A stretch of 63,145 nucleotides of DNA, filler included, from Perkinsus chesapeaki ATCC PRA-425 (taxonomy: Eukaryota; Protista; Perkinsozoa), in assembly GCA_013115145.1 (NCBI GenBank). It is 7 parts of 7 records of this genome, joined end to end, with 100 filler letters (N's around TTAATTAATTAA, not from the genome) between each part and the next. Parts side by side here need not be neighbours in the genome. Positions count along the whole stretch, not along the records: positions 21,278 to 52,058 come from JAAPAO010000432.1; 6 more parts are not named here. One strand, given 5' to 3'. Made by a program: the position numbers and the translations under genes. Shown in pieces: positions 23,367 through 36,267 of the stretch. How positions within the stretch are numbered: position 1 is the stretch's first letter; each line of letters begins with the position of its first letter. The notes under the pieces were generated by a model that saw only the letters and a list, made by a program, of their open reading frames with translations, did no database searches and was not told the origin of the DNA.

Positions 23367-25149
23367 GTGTCGACCAAGTTGTGAAGAATCTTTTACCTAC
23401 TATGATATACACAAGTATACTAGAAAATACCATTAGAGAAGTATTGTTGCAACTTGCAAGCCGTGACAATGTAAGCAGTATCGAACTTCCATAATGGAAG
23501 TACTCAGTTACTGAGTCTCAGTAGGAGTCAAATGGGGCCCCATTACGGGGCACCTCAGTGAGGTGAGGCTGACTGCTAGCATCACGGGCCCTTCTGCTGA
23601 AGGTTTTAAGTTAAAACTTTTAACATAGACGCACACACCCTGCGCATGCGTGCGTCCGTAAAACGCGCACGCCCGAAAATGTGGCGCACCGAAAACTCGC
23701 ACTGAAGGGTCTTAGCCCCCACTGTGCTGGCTAGAGTAGAGAGTTTGCCCAATAGCTTCAGATGTTATTTAGCGGGTCGAAGGCCCGCTTTTAGGACAGA
23801 GCAGTAGTGTATTTACGCGTGTGCGGACACTCAGCCCCAATAGTGCGGACATTGAGCACCGCGGCCTTAGCCTTTCCGTGGAGGAGCCGGTGTAGCTTGA
23901 CTCAGCAGTACCATCACCACTCGGTAGACGCAATTCCTCAGTCGCAGGCATGAGAATGAGAGACTATCGAGTACGAGATTACAAGCTGAAACAAAGCAGA
24001 TATCTAGGTATGGGCATCGCGGTCTCATGTCGCCCCCGACCCGCCACGTATATAATGGGGGTGTGTTGCGGGAATCCCGCGCCCACGCTCACTCCCGCTA
24101 CGGGACTGCGGGGCGCACCGTGCCGGACTTCCCGGCCGCGGCGTGGCTGGATTATCCACGGGTGTCCCGCTCCGCGATGACCTGGGATCAGACAGTCTGA
24201 GATCAGTGATCTCAGGCCGTCTGAGCATCAGAGTCCGAGTACCACTTACGGGCCGTAAGTTACGGCGTGTGAGTCACGCGCCTAAAATTGTAGCGCGCGC
24301 CTGTTTGAGTGTGTGCCAATTCCTGGCACTCGCGGCCAGCGATGCATCATTATGGGGGTAACCGTTCCTTTGATTAGGTGGTAATTTATAGTGGTCTACC
24401 AGCGATCTAGGTAAATACCCTCTGAGTCTCAGCTAAACTAATCACCCGGTGATTATCACCGTTGTCGCCACGCCTTGAGCAAGTTGACGGTGCCGATTCG
24501 AACTTCGAATTTCGAAGCCGATCGACACTGTCGATCCTGCCGATCCGACAGGATCCCAGCCTTCTGAAGAGCCTCTTCTGAGCAATGACTGCAACTGAAG
24601 TTGTCACCGCTGGAAATCGCTCTTAGTGTAAAATTTACACTCTTAATAAGTTACTAATAATAACATACTGCAAAATTGGCCATGTAAATCGAAGCGTCCT
24701 GATTGGCTTCTTGTTTAGGGTTTCTTATTCTTATTATGGATTTATTCTTTGAACAAAGATAGCGCTCAAGTTGTGCAACTCAATTTATTACCCTATTGAG
24801 TGTATAGCGACGCTGTGATAGCGTGTTTACTCAATTATCAAGAAATAGCGCAGATGTCAAGCTCTTAAGGTTCCCCACTCTAAATTGGGATTTCAGATTC
24901 GGGCACTTCTCCCAGAGAAGTTGGGTGACTCTAAACATCCAAGTAGTTTTTGCATTCGATTTGCATCCCCCCTTCGTTTATCAGAAATTTCTTGGTGACC
25001 CCAATGGACTCCATTGAGTGGAGCTCCCGGTGTTCCAACCTTTTAACTGTCCAGTACGGCAACAGGCTACTGGCCGACAACTGTTTTTCTTGCGAGTGGC
25101 TATAACAGGCCCCCCACATAGGACCGACCACGAGTTCAGAATGTAATAC

Positions 25150-28100
25150 TAAGCCAATCACTATAGATTGTTAACACAGAGCGTATTAACTTAATAGAGA
25201 TTTATATTATTATTAAAAGTAATTACAAGTGCTACTAGCGTCATAGCTATAACACAACTTAAGGGACACAACAGGGACAGAACGGCACATCCGCCCTCCC
25301 AAGCATGCTCTAGCAATAGAGCAAAATCATAAAAACCATTCACAAATATTGATAATAACAGAAAAAATCAAAATGGAGTACTACAAGGCATCCGCTTAAC
25401 CCGAACTTAACCACTCTTTCAGTCTCTTTAGCTGAGCACGAGTACGAAGCTGTCCAAGACGAACCAATGGTGGTTCGATAAAAACAGGAAATGGCTCATC
25501 ATTAACGTCCATCACACGCTCAACTGAGGAACCAGATAAACGATAGACTGCCAGAATCTTATGACCAAGTGGACGACCGAACACCTTGTTCAGAAGACCG
25601 TAAAAAGTGTCTTCACGTAAATCATGGCCATCGCCGTCACAAATATCGTCAACATCTTCATTACTAAATTCTCCGTCCTCTCCAAACCAACGCTTCAGAT
25701 TACGTTGGTGCTGATTTCGAGGAATCTTTGAGTCAGCAGTGTCGACATCAAATGTAGCAGAACCAAGAATCTTCTTAATCCTAAAGGGGCCACGCCAATC
25801 CGTATCAAGCTGTGTTCGCCTAGGATTGCGAACAAGTACCAGATCACCAACCTTAAAGGAATACGTAGTAGGTGGGGTCGAACTCTCTAGCCTCTTCGAA
25901 TAGGAAGCACGATTGCGTTCCCAAACTTCTCTCCAGAGATCACAAATCTTCTTACGTCTGTCACTATAAGAGTAACTCTTAAAGAGTTTAACAGTTCAAT
26001 CATAGCATCAGTTGAAATATCGTCACGGCCTATACGGTCACATATCTCAGGCTTAGAACAAAGGAGGCTTAAACTGGCGGGAAAAATAGCATCGTAGCCA
26101 AAAACCAAAGCATGCGGAGTAAATCCACTGTCTTCATTAGGCTGAAGATTCAGCCTGAGTTGAATCAAAGGCAGATCCAAATGCCATTGGGAAGCTGATG
26201 ACTCAGCGGATAGTGACCTCAACGCACTCGTTATCAGCCTATGGCGGACTTCATAAAAACCTCCGACCCAAGGCGCTCTTGACATAATAGTGCGTCCTTT
26301 AAAGCCCCAAGCATGCAAAGCTGCCTGAACAGCCTCAGTAAGCAGCTGAGCACCATTATCGTGAATCACAGTTCGAGGCGCTACACGAATATTGACTGGA
26401 TAACCCCAACGGGAAAAAGCTATAGATATGCCACGAGAAACCTCATCAGCACGGGCAGAGCAAAGACTGACCAGTTCAGTATACCGGGTGAGGAGACAGG
26501 CTGTACTTAAGACAAAGCGAGCACCATTAGTAGAACAGGGCAATGGACCATATAAGTCAAGTCCTACCACCATCCATGGAGATACTGGTTGATCGAAACG
26601 TTTAATGGGATTCTTAAAACCACCACTACCACCACTAGATAGTTGGCATGCAGGACAAGACCTTACCCAAGAAGCAATCAAACGCCGCATTTTGGAGAAC
26701 CAAATTAGTCTCCGAAGCACATTATGAATAGTAAGCGCACCAGTATGCTGAAGGGAGCGATGAAACTCTTGAACCAGCTGCTGAACACGTGGATGGTCAG
26801 AAGGCAACACGAACTGTGAATAGAATTCACCAGAAGGCCCACGATCACAACCACGCTTCAAAATACCAGCATGCGTCCAGGTAGCAACCATAAGACAATC
26901 CTTTTTCTTCAATGGTAAAGGAAGCAATATTACCAGAACTCATTTTAGCAATAATAGAACTTATCAAAGGATCTGCTTGTTGGATTGCCATAACTTCTTC
27001 ATTCGAAACAGGACCAGATAATGAAGCAAGATGAACATCAACCGAACCAGAGGATATGTCCTCGTGAATGCTAGAGAGACGATCAGCAAACCGATTCAGG
27101 CGACCAGCAATATGATCAATCTGGACAGAAAAACCAAGACCTTTCAAAAACATTAACGTTTCTTGCACACTCTCGTAGAGGCGTCTCAAAACTACATAGT
27201 CAATACCTCGATTAGACTTCACCTTAGGTAGCCCAACAGATTTGGCCACAGTACTGTCAGTTAAGATCTTAATGGTCTCTAGTTGAGGGAAGAAACTATT
27301 CTCTACAAAAGATAATACTCTTTGACAAGCGTTGGCCAAGCAGAAAGTTTCACGACGATTAGCATGCCAAGCATTCTTAGGAAAGGATTTACTTTCGGCG
27401 TAAATGACCATAGATTTCGACTCAATAGTAGGTTACAAAGACATAACAAAACCATAACCATCGCCAGAAGCATCACAAAAGACATATAGGCACGTACATG
27501 AGGAAGGCAAGCATACATTAATACGCCGATCAATATTCCAATAGTGTAAAGCTTTCTGAAGATGCAATCGACAAATTCTCAAAGTTCTGGACTCAAGGCG
27601 TTGATCCCACGAACTAGATTTGCCAGAGTAACACCGGACTTTGTCAGCGTGAGCACGGGCCAGGGTATGGTTCCAGTATCGTAGGCCATCACGGAACATA
27701 CCAGCATATTGGAAACATTGACGTTTAGAAATAACTTGATATGGATCGAACGTAATTTCTGGTCTTTCAACTTGTAGTGAAGAGCCGTTCCACCACCAAA
27801 GGAAGCCTAGCCATTTAGAACCATTAGGGTGATCAGATAACCCTCGCCATGTGCACCTTTTCTCAAGAGGAGCACAAAATCCAAATAAGAGAATACAATA
27901 CACAGGGCCTTCTCAACTGACGCTACCTCTGCCGGGGGTCCTACTAGTAAAAGATCGTCTAGCAATCGTATTACTATCACTGAGCCACAATCAATCAAAG
28001 ACAAGATCACATTAATACAAGTTTCCAAAGAAGATGGACCACAGCTTAGTCCAAAACAGAGACGCCGAGTTCGGAATGCTAAAGAGGCAAGACGGACACG

Positions 28101-30812
28101 AACAAGGTGGCGAATATGGATCTTTAAGAAAGCACGTTTCAAATCCAATTGACGAACAGTATGGCCAGGGCGAAGGGCAGCCAGCAACTGTCGATGACAA
28201 TCGAGAACACTGTTAGAGGAAGAACTGGCTCTAGGGGAGACCCTATTAGGGACTCTAAAGTCTAGCACTGGTCTTATGGGAGTGGTTTTTGCCAATTGCC
28301 GTATTGGGAAAATAGTCCCCTCGGGCATTCCTTTTGGTCGAGGAAGAGGGTCTGGTTGCCACCAATTATTAGAACAATACATCTTCGTTTCCTCAAATAA
28401 GATAGACTTCTCCTCATCAGATGGGGAATTAACCATGCGAGTAGAGTCCCAAGACGCGCCACCAGAGGTATCCATAGGCCAGTCAATTTCAAATTTGAAC
28501 TTTTGCTCGAGAGTGTCTAGAGAGTCGCCTTCACCACACCGACAAACATACAATACATACCCAGGTGCATTCTGCACAGGAATAGGCTTCCCAGCAAGGT
28601 CATCAGTTAGTCGGTTAACGGTCTGAATCATCAAATCAGTCGATACTTGGATATGATGGACTCGATAATTCCCATCAACAGGGAAGATCAAAGGTGCGAC
28701 AGATGCACCGGCAGAATACCCGACCGTGGACTCGGGCGGTGGCAGAGCTACAAAATCATTGTCACTAAGGACGTCGCTGCCCGAAGAATCCCGGACAAGA
28801 GCAATGTCACCTTTGTGCCACGATAAAATAGAGGCATCCGGGTTCTCGCCTTTGCCAGTAAGCCCAGCAAAGTTCGTCGAAACAGACTGGGAACCATCAC
28901 CAAAACTCGAGATCTCAGACGATAACGTAGGGCAGAGAGGCTCGTGATAGCGAGCAGAGCATAGGCGCAACATTTCTCGGGCTCTATTGGTATCACAAGT
29001 CAGCAAAGAAGAAAGAGCAAGCATTCCCACTTCTTGCACCATAGCAATGCTGTTGCGTCCAAGAAGCACAGTAGGGCGAGCCCCTTCCACAGAAAGAAAA
29101 GGCAAAATAACACTCTGACCAGAAGCATTGGAGACTGGGACCAGCAACCTCCTCCTTAGCATGAATACCAGAAGTAGCCACTCCGTTGAGCAAAATCGTA
29201 CCAACAGAAAAACGAGCAATATCGGGCAATTCAGCGACTAAGCTAGAGTCCAGCAAACCAACATCGGCTCCAGTATCAACCAAGCATGACAGCTGCTTAC
29301 CGGCAACGGAAAAGTCGACAGTACATGGTGAAAAGGCAACTGACGTAGATATAGGAGATATCACTGATGCATCCACAACATGTACGCTTTCCTGATCACT
29401 CTTACCAGTACATGGCGCCGTACAGACTGATGATCGATGATCACGAGCGGAACAGTAACCGCATGATAAATCATCTTCGCTCCAACTACACACTTCAACT
29501 GCGTGGTAGCTTCCGCATTTAGGGCATCTCGAAGAGTAATCAGCTATTGAACCAGACTGACACTGATCCGCATTATGGCCTTTCACGAAGCATCTATAAC
29601 AGCGACCACGCGGAATAACCTTCCTATCAGAATTAGACGAGGAGGGGGTAAGTTCCTGTTTGTGATCATTACGCTCCTGATTATTCTGCTCAGAAGTCTT
29701 ATTAGCTTGACTCTTGGCAGCGTCTCGTCGGTTGATAGAACCACCAAAGATTCGCGATATCTTCTTATTAAGCTTTTCAAAATGTAATAAATCGGCCTTG
29801 ACATCCTCCAAAGATAATGAACGCGTGCGGCTACCATGGGACTCTTGCAACTTCAACGCAATAGACTGGTCAGCAGCATCCAATAGCTTAGCGACCAATT
29901 CAGACTCTTCCAACTGCTTAGACGTAACGCTCTCGTAAATAGATTTCTCTTTGTCAAACTGAGACAGGAAATCAGACACCGATTGATTCGTTGATTGGGA
30001 GAAAGATTGCCATCGTCTCAACGCATCAGGGGTAGTCCATGTCTTCCCATATCGATTATCGAGAGTAGAAAAAATCTCATCAACAACCATAGCCTGAGAT
30101 AAAGTAGAGCATTTAGGCGAATCAACAATGCCACATAGTTCTCGTCGAACAGACTCAGATAACCCACGTAGGACATAATGATCAGCAGTAACACCAGAAA
30201 GCCGCATAATTGATAATTGGAGCTTAATGTCCTTCCGCCACAAGTGATAAGGTACGGCAGAATCATTGGGTTTAAACTCAGCAGGCTGAGGTAGATCGTA
30301 TGCCAAGGTAATAGCATCAGAGTTCAAAGCGCCAGGCGAGGTAGATAAAGCAGATGATGATTCATCAGTCAGACCACATACACGTACATATTACAACTGA
30401 AGATCACGAGCATTAGGAAGATTAAGTTCCACAGGTAGACGAGAAATCCCAGCACGGCGTTGAAGGAGACGTACTGATAGCAAAATAGTAAGCTAATGTT
30501 GAGCACCATAACCAGGTGCCAGACACTCAACCACAAGCAAAGCCCAGCTGAAGCAAAACCGCATTCTATCAGCAATAGATGCCGATAACTCATTCTTGGA
30601 CGGATCACCAAGATTAGAGTTTACAGTAAGAATGAGTGCATTCAGAGCTTTAGCATGATGTGATGATGTCGACGCTTCTTGGATTTCAGCAAAAACATCG
30701 TCCAAGCTAGAAAGCTCAACTTGAGCAGGTTGACATACTTCAAAAAGTCTAGAGATGGTGTTGTTCTCCTGCATCGGGTACCAAATAAGCCAATCACTAT
30801 AGATTGTTAACA
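25150..30812 (-). mobile_element. Near full-length, frameshifted BEL/Pao-like LTR retrotransposon (gag-PR-RT-RH-IN)
   Basis: Three Zn knuckles (CYRC..GH..C etc.), protease LVDTGA, RT RPVLDFR / DLKRAF / FGLSCGP / RLLDDLL, RNase H FCDAS / NRRE / LTDS / ADRLS, integrase H..H..C..C, GLDLYGP, HDNG, RAPWVGGFYE. PBS-like TGGTACCCG at 30783; PPT GGGAGGGCGGA|TG at 25300-25290; 27-bp LTR-end identity between 25150-25176 and 30786-30812. Confidence 0.92.
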
Positions 30813-31266
30813 GCAAAGCTGACAAACACGTCGTCCTCTTCTTCGTCCGCATGCTCGATATCAGTATTTTCTTCCTCTTCAGGCATATCTTCGCCCCATT
30901 TCATATCACTTATGCATTTTATCACTGCCTCCCGTCCTTCTTCGTCAGTGACCTTAGCATATTGTGGGTAGGTCACGTTTCTGGTTTCAGAGAGCAAATA
31001 ATTCCCTGCACGTACCCATTTGTTGGTCTTTGTGTATTGAAAATACTTCGCCAGGTTAACCGCTGTGTGCTCCTCTGTGATTTCCTCAAGCCCGATTATC
31101 GTCGACTTCATTACCGTCTTGGTGGGTTGTTCTTGATCCTCTGGGCAATGGTGTACGACGACGCCCATCACGCTTTGGTTGGATTTTCTCTGCCATGAAT
31201 CGGCTGTGATGGAAACAACACTCTGCTTCTGTAAAATAGTTTTGGCATTCTCCATGCGGTCTTGAA
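30813..31266 (-). mobile_element. hAT transposase relic (internally deleted)
   Basis: VSITADSW...SVMGVVVH...IIGLEEITEEHTAVNLA matches the hAT TxDxW...H...HTg.nla region; acidic tail; truncated on both sides by other elements. Confidence 0.75.
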
Positions 31267-31267
31267 G

Positions 31268-31498
31268 GGGTGTATAACGATTGGTACACATAAATTACGT
31301 ACACACGAAACTCGTACACAGAATTTTTGACTTTCAACTGGTACACCAAATTCCCGTACACTCAAATCTCTGTCGACAAAATGTGATACACCAAAAATTG
31401 GTTCAGAGCCAAGTAGTACACAAAAATTCCGTTCACATAAGTGTCGTACACTAAGATTTGGTTCAGTTTGATTTCGTACTCCTCGAACTCGTACACCC
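31268..31498. mobile_element. About 230-bp MITE-like element with an internal array of (C)GTACAC motifs and GGGTGTA...TACACCC termini
   Basis: More than 10 GTACAC-like motifs; the first 120 bp or so are about 90% identical to 51865-51985. Confidence 0.65.
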
Positions 31499-31535
31499 GA
31501 TGACTCGTACATTTATGCGATTTTTTTTCAGTTTA

Positions 31536-31662
31536 GTAGGGAGATTACTCATTTGTTAATCCAGAGGTTGAGCGTTCAATTACCAGAGGCGACATAATTG
31601 GCAAACTTTGTCTGTCCGGCGGAGCAATTAGCACTTCTGGGGAGATCAATATTGAGTCAATG
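31536..31662 (+). mobile_element. tRNA-derived (SINE-like) repeat, copy 1
   Basis: Near-identical inverted copy at 49909-50035; T-arm-like GAGCGTTCAATT(A/C)CC and an anticodon-arm-like ...TTGTCAATCCAG. Confidence 0.55.
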
Positions 31663-31668
31663 ACGTAG

Positions 31669-34600
31669 AGACCACGTAGACCAAGCAAGGACCAACGTCG
31701 TAGACCACAAGCACAAGATTCTCAACAGACGTTACATGACCTTTGGAAAACGCCTGTTGTAGAAGTTCATTCAGTGAAGACAGAAGATTCATCAAATGCA
31801 ACAGCGGATACGTCACAAGCCGTGAGACCTTATGTGGCCTATGATAAGCTCAGACGAGAAGCTCGATGCCTACGATGTTTTCAACGAGGACATACTGCAA
31901 GGGACTGCTCAAATCCACTGCCTCAACTACTAGAGGCCAGGTGTCTATGCTGTGGTAGGACTGGTCATGCAAGTAAAAACTGCAGATTGGCTGCTCGTAA
32001 TAAGCAGTTAACTTGTATTCGGTGTGGTGGTCTCCATCATGTCCCGGCAATATGTAGAGGCCGGCTTATGCAAAATGTTACAAAGAAGGAAGCATCAAAA
32101 GAAGAGGCAACAGCGGCTGCAGCTTCCGAGGATAAGCAGGACGGAGAGGCTCCTACGACCAATGCATACTCTCTTTTGCCTGCCACTGATGCGACATGGC
32201 TCGCACATTCTTCAGATAAGCCTCTACATTCTATGCCATTGACTGTGGATATGAGTATTATTCCTGTGACTGGTGACAAAGAGCCGAAGACTCTAAGGAT
32301 GTTACTGGATACTGGCGCTGCTAGATCGTTCGTGGCTGAGGATTGGCGAGATAATAATATGGGCTTTATACATGGAACTCGTGAAGAAGAAGTTGATGTT
32401 ATGTTGGCTGATAAGAGAAGGTTCACGGCGAGACAATCCGTATTGTTATATGTCTCCCCACCAGGGAAAACCGGACCATTGCCAATCTGGTGTCTCGTGA
32501 GTTCTTCTCTTTCTACTCCTGTGATTCTCGGCATGGCTAGTTTGAGATCCTTGCGACTTATGTTGTATCTCTCTCCTGATTCTGTTCTTTTAAAGTCCGG
32601 TGTCTCTGACTCCGCAATCCGTTCTTTATCTAGTTCCACTAGTGAGGATACTGGGTGTAGAGCCATGGCTAGTGATAAGGTAGTTTCATTGTTGTATAAG
32701 GCCTCAGAGTCTCAATTCGGGGAGAAGCAGGTGGGCCTTGATCTTATGTTATTATGTGAACCGGAGTGTCATCAATCTATGCTCTGTTCTGTGTTAACTG
32801 AGAGGATGCCTCCGGAATTTTCTGACTTGGAAGGATCCACGCTTCCATCCTCGGAAAGAGGCCTTGAGGATCCCTCTTCACCTAGTTCTGATGAAGATGG
32901 GAATAATAAGACTCTATTTGTTGGGCTTACTCCCGCTGACCACTTGACTATTGAAGGTCAGAAAAAGGATGTGAGTCGTTACACTTATAGTATACCATGG
33001 CTTGCGGACAAACGCCCAGTTGTCCCAGATAGGAGAACTATAGAAAAAGCTATCCATGCTGATCGTAAGTTCTGTGATCGCTTGCAGGAGTCAGGACACT
33101 TGGATGCTTATTCTGCAGTTTTTGATAAGTATTTACTGCATGGTATTATAGAAGTTGTTCCTCCTGAGCATTATGTTCATTGCAAAGCTCTTCTCCGCCA
33201 TTTTGCTGTGCACTCTGATTCTCGCACCACCCCAGTAAGACCGGTCCTTGATGGTAGGGCCTTTGCTGGCTTGATTGGTTCGGGATTAGGAAATAAGAGC
33301 TCTAAAGACCGTGTGTTGAGAAGTACTTTGAGAGCCTTAGGAGGATTTCGTCTTTATAAGTGTGCTGCCACATTAGATGTCACAATGGCATTTTACATGT
33401 TATTACATACCTATGATGACTCCTTTTATTTCTGTATACCATTTAGAGGTCGTTTATATAGACTCCGAGCTCCCCCAATGGGGGGACCCCATTCACCAGG
33501 TTGTCTACTGGATGCAATGCAACGACTCTGTGATGAAGCTTTATCTGACTTTGTGTGCCTCTATCCGCATCTAGTTAAGAATGGACTTGTACCTGTGTGC
33601 TTTTGCTTCTATATGGACGATCTCGTGGTTGGAGCGGACACTCCTCAGTTATTGAGTTTGGCTATCAGGTGCTTGCTGACAGTCTGTGACCGCCATGGCT
33701 TCAACTGCAGTGAAAAGAAGAGACAAATTGGGCCACCAGAAGGCGCTAATGCGGCACATGTCCTTGGACTACAGTGGAATAAGAATGATCAAATCTGTAT
33801 TGTGCTGCCAGACCCCTCCTCCCTACCACCCCCTTATTCGTGTCCTTCTAATGATAACCTGTTGGCTGTGACGATTCGAGACCTTATGGGCTATGTTGCT
33901 CGAATCTATAATCCTCTGGGGTTCATTGGACATATGCTGTTGGCTATGAGATTGGTGGTTAAAGAAGAGTTAGACCGCACAGTGGACAAGGATTTGGATT
34001 CTTTTATTACAATTCCTTCCTATGACTCGATATTAAGGTTCACAGAAGACCTGGCCCGTTTCCCAGGCATACCGCGAGTCTTGTCCGTGCGGGAGGATCC
34101 TACTATATGTGTATTTATGGATGCGTCTGGCTTTGGATATGGTATAGTGGTGACTGATTCTCTCTTCAATATTATTCGTTGTAATAGCAAAATTATCAGT
34201 GGTCCTAGGACAGCATGGTCTATCGTTAAGAAGGAACTGTATGCACTTCAGCAGTCTGTCATTTTCTATGAGGAAACTTGCTTAGCACTCTTAGCTGTGG
34301 ATAAACCTCTACAACTGGTTCCACAATTCTACACTGATAATGCTGCTGATTATTTCAGACTAAGGAAGGCTATGCAGTATGCGGAAGAAGAGGACTCTTC
34401 GCAGCCTTGGCCACCCAAGCATCTTGACATACGCCCTTGGGAGGCCAAAGTCTTACTGCAACTTGCTAAGGATATCAAAGACTTACAAGGTTCAGTGTAT
34501 CATTTGGCTGGACGTCACAATCCAGCGGATGCCTTTTCCCGCGGCAACGCTATCTCTGTTCTACCCCAAGTAGATGAAGGACTGAAACTAGCAGTGGAGG

Positions 34601-36267
34601 TAGCGCGCCGCCGGGAAGGCTTATCTTATGACTATGACTATGAGACTGAGTATAAATTGGGAAATGAAGAATGTTTGTGTACTATTCAATTATCTGATTC
34701 TGAGAACCCAGTAAGTCTGAAAGAAGCTATTATTTCTATGCAATATGGAGACTCTACATTGGGAAGGTTATTAGATCCTGAAAAGTTCGGTTGTCCAGAG
34801 CCGAGATTACTCCGTAAATATTCTGTTATTTATCCTAGAGACGGAACGCCCAAATATGTAGTTAATGCCGTTACGGACGGCCTTGTTGTTCCGTATGGTC
34901 GGCAGTCAGATGTCGTTAAGGCGTTGCATCTCTTCTATTCTCATTTAGGGAGCCACAAGTTGTACAAAAGCACTGTGCATGACTTTGACTGTGGTTCTCT
35001 GAAGAACTTTGTTTCTTGTCAACACGATTGTGAGGTCTGCCGTGTCCAAAGAGGCTATAGGTCTCTAAGTCATCGCCTTGGCAGGTCTCTTTCTCGGACA
35101 GATAGGGCCTGGGAAGTCTTAAATGTGGATCTCATTGGCCCTTTTATGCAAAAAGACCGTGTGGTTTATGATTCGAAGGTGGAATCTACTATGTGTTTGG
35201 TCTTGGTGGATTCATACACTGGATTTCTGGCTTATTCAGTGCTACATGACTATGCTCCAGGCATTGAAGTGGCAAAAAGTTTGAATGGGATATGCTTGGA
35301 TCATCAGTATCCGAAAGGTATTGTTTCAGACAATGACTCTAGGTTCTGCTCCGTACCGGTATCATCTTGGGCTCTTGGAATGGGCATAAGATGGGCTACT
35401 GTGCCCCCACATTGTTCACGTTGGAATGGTTGGGCAGAATCGAAGCATAAACTTATAAATTATTTCCTAAGGGCGTTGCTGACTGAGTGTGGCTATGATA
35501 AGCCTTATCAGATAAGGCAAGCTGGTATAATCTTATGGGTCGTGTCATTTTCCTTTGTAATAGTGTGACTCGTCCAAGCCTCTCAGCTTCTATCCAAGTT
35601 CTCTACACTATGTACATGGACGTGGGTTACCCCCTAGTATGAATGCTCAAGGTTCTCTTTCTCCGGCAGCGGCGGCCTTTCTCGATAAGAATATACCTTT
35701 GAAGATGCCATCTAATGATGAATTAGAACTTATGATATTGGATTATTCACGGAGGCTGACTGAAGATTCAAAGTGGGTTGCTGTTGATGCCGAGAACTTA
35801 GATGCGACACTTCGTTCGCGTAAGGTATTAGCCGATGAGTCTGTGCTTCGTAGCAATTTTGATACTTTGAAGGTAGGCAATTCTGTGTTGCGATTCAATT
35901 ATAATCGTAATAAGTTGGATCCATACTGGAATCCTGTAGTCTATAAAGTGATCTCTATCAGAGGTCAGATCGCAGCTATTACTAGTGATCCTCTCCGTGC
36001 CAGACCTTTCTTTGAGTATATCGGCAACCTTAAGCGTATTGAAGTCTGATTATTGATTATTTAACTATGAGCTCTGGCTTGGCCTGTGGCCGCCGCGGGA
36101 GTGTTGACTGTGCCTTGCAATCTTGATGCTCTTGCTATTCCTTGCTGTATATGAAATAGCTGTGGTTCTTGTGGCTGTGGTACTAAGTTGACAATTATAC
36201 CGATAGTTATCCCGCACTAGTGGTTATCTTGCGTTCCTACGTACCCTTAAGGATAAGATTCTCAACA
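31669..36267 (+). mobile_element. BEL/Pao-like LTR retrotransposon, 5'-truncated: gag-pol ORF 31774-35568, integrase tail 35639-36049, 3' LTR 36102-36267
   Basis: Three CCHC knuckles, LLDTGA, RT LDVTMAF / FYMDD, Pao-type TIRDLMGYVARIYNPLG, FMDASGFGYG, KKELYAL, YTDN, NPADAFSR, integrase VDLIGP / SDND / AESKH. PPT GGCCGCCGCGGGAG|TG; LTR termini TGTTGA...TCAACA. Confidence 0.95.

Noticed and set aside
23511-24432. CTGAGTCTCAG direct repeat bracketing 900 bp as a possible TSD
   Set aside because: No TIRs inside; the left copy is explained as part of the scar at 23502-23523; an 11-mer match is expected by chance.
24407-24607. VRIGTVNLL resembling the start of a LINE endonuclease
   Set aside because: Isolated and stop-bounded, with no downstream endonuclease or RT motifs; the region is rewritten by scars.
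30493-30780. IECGFASAG resembling the hAT dimerisation motif
   Set aside because: It lies downstream of the retrotransposon PBS, in its leader, and the surrounding residues do not fit; probably coincidental.
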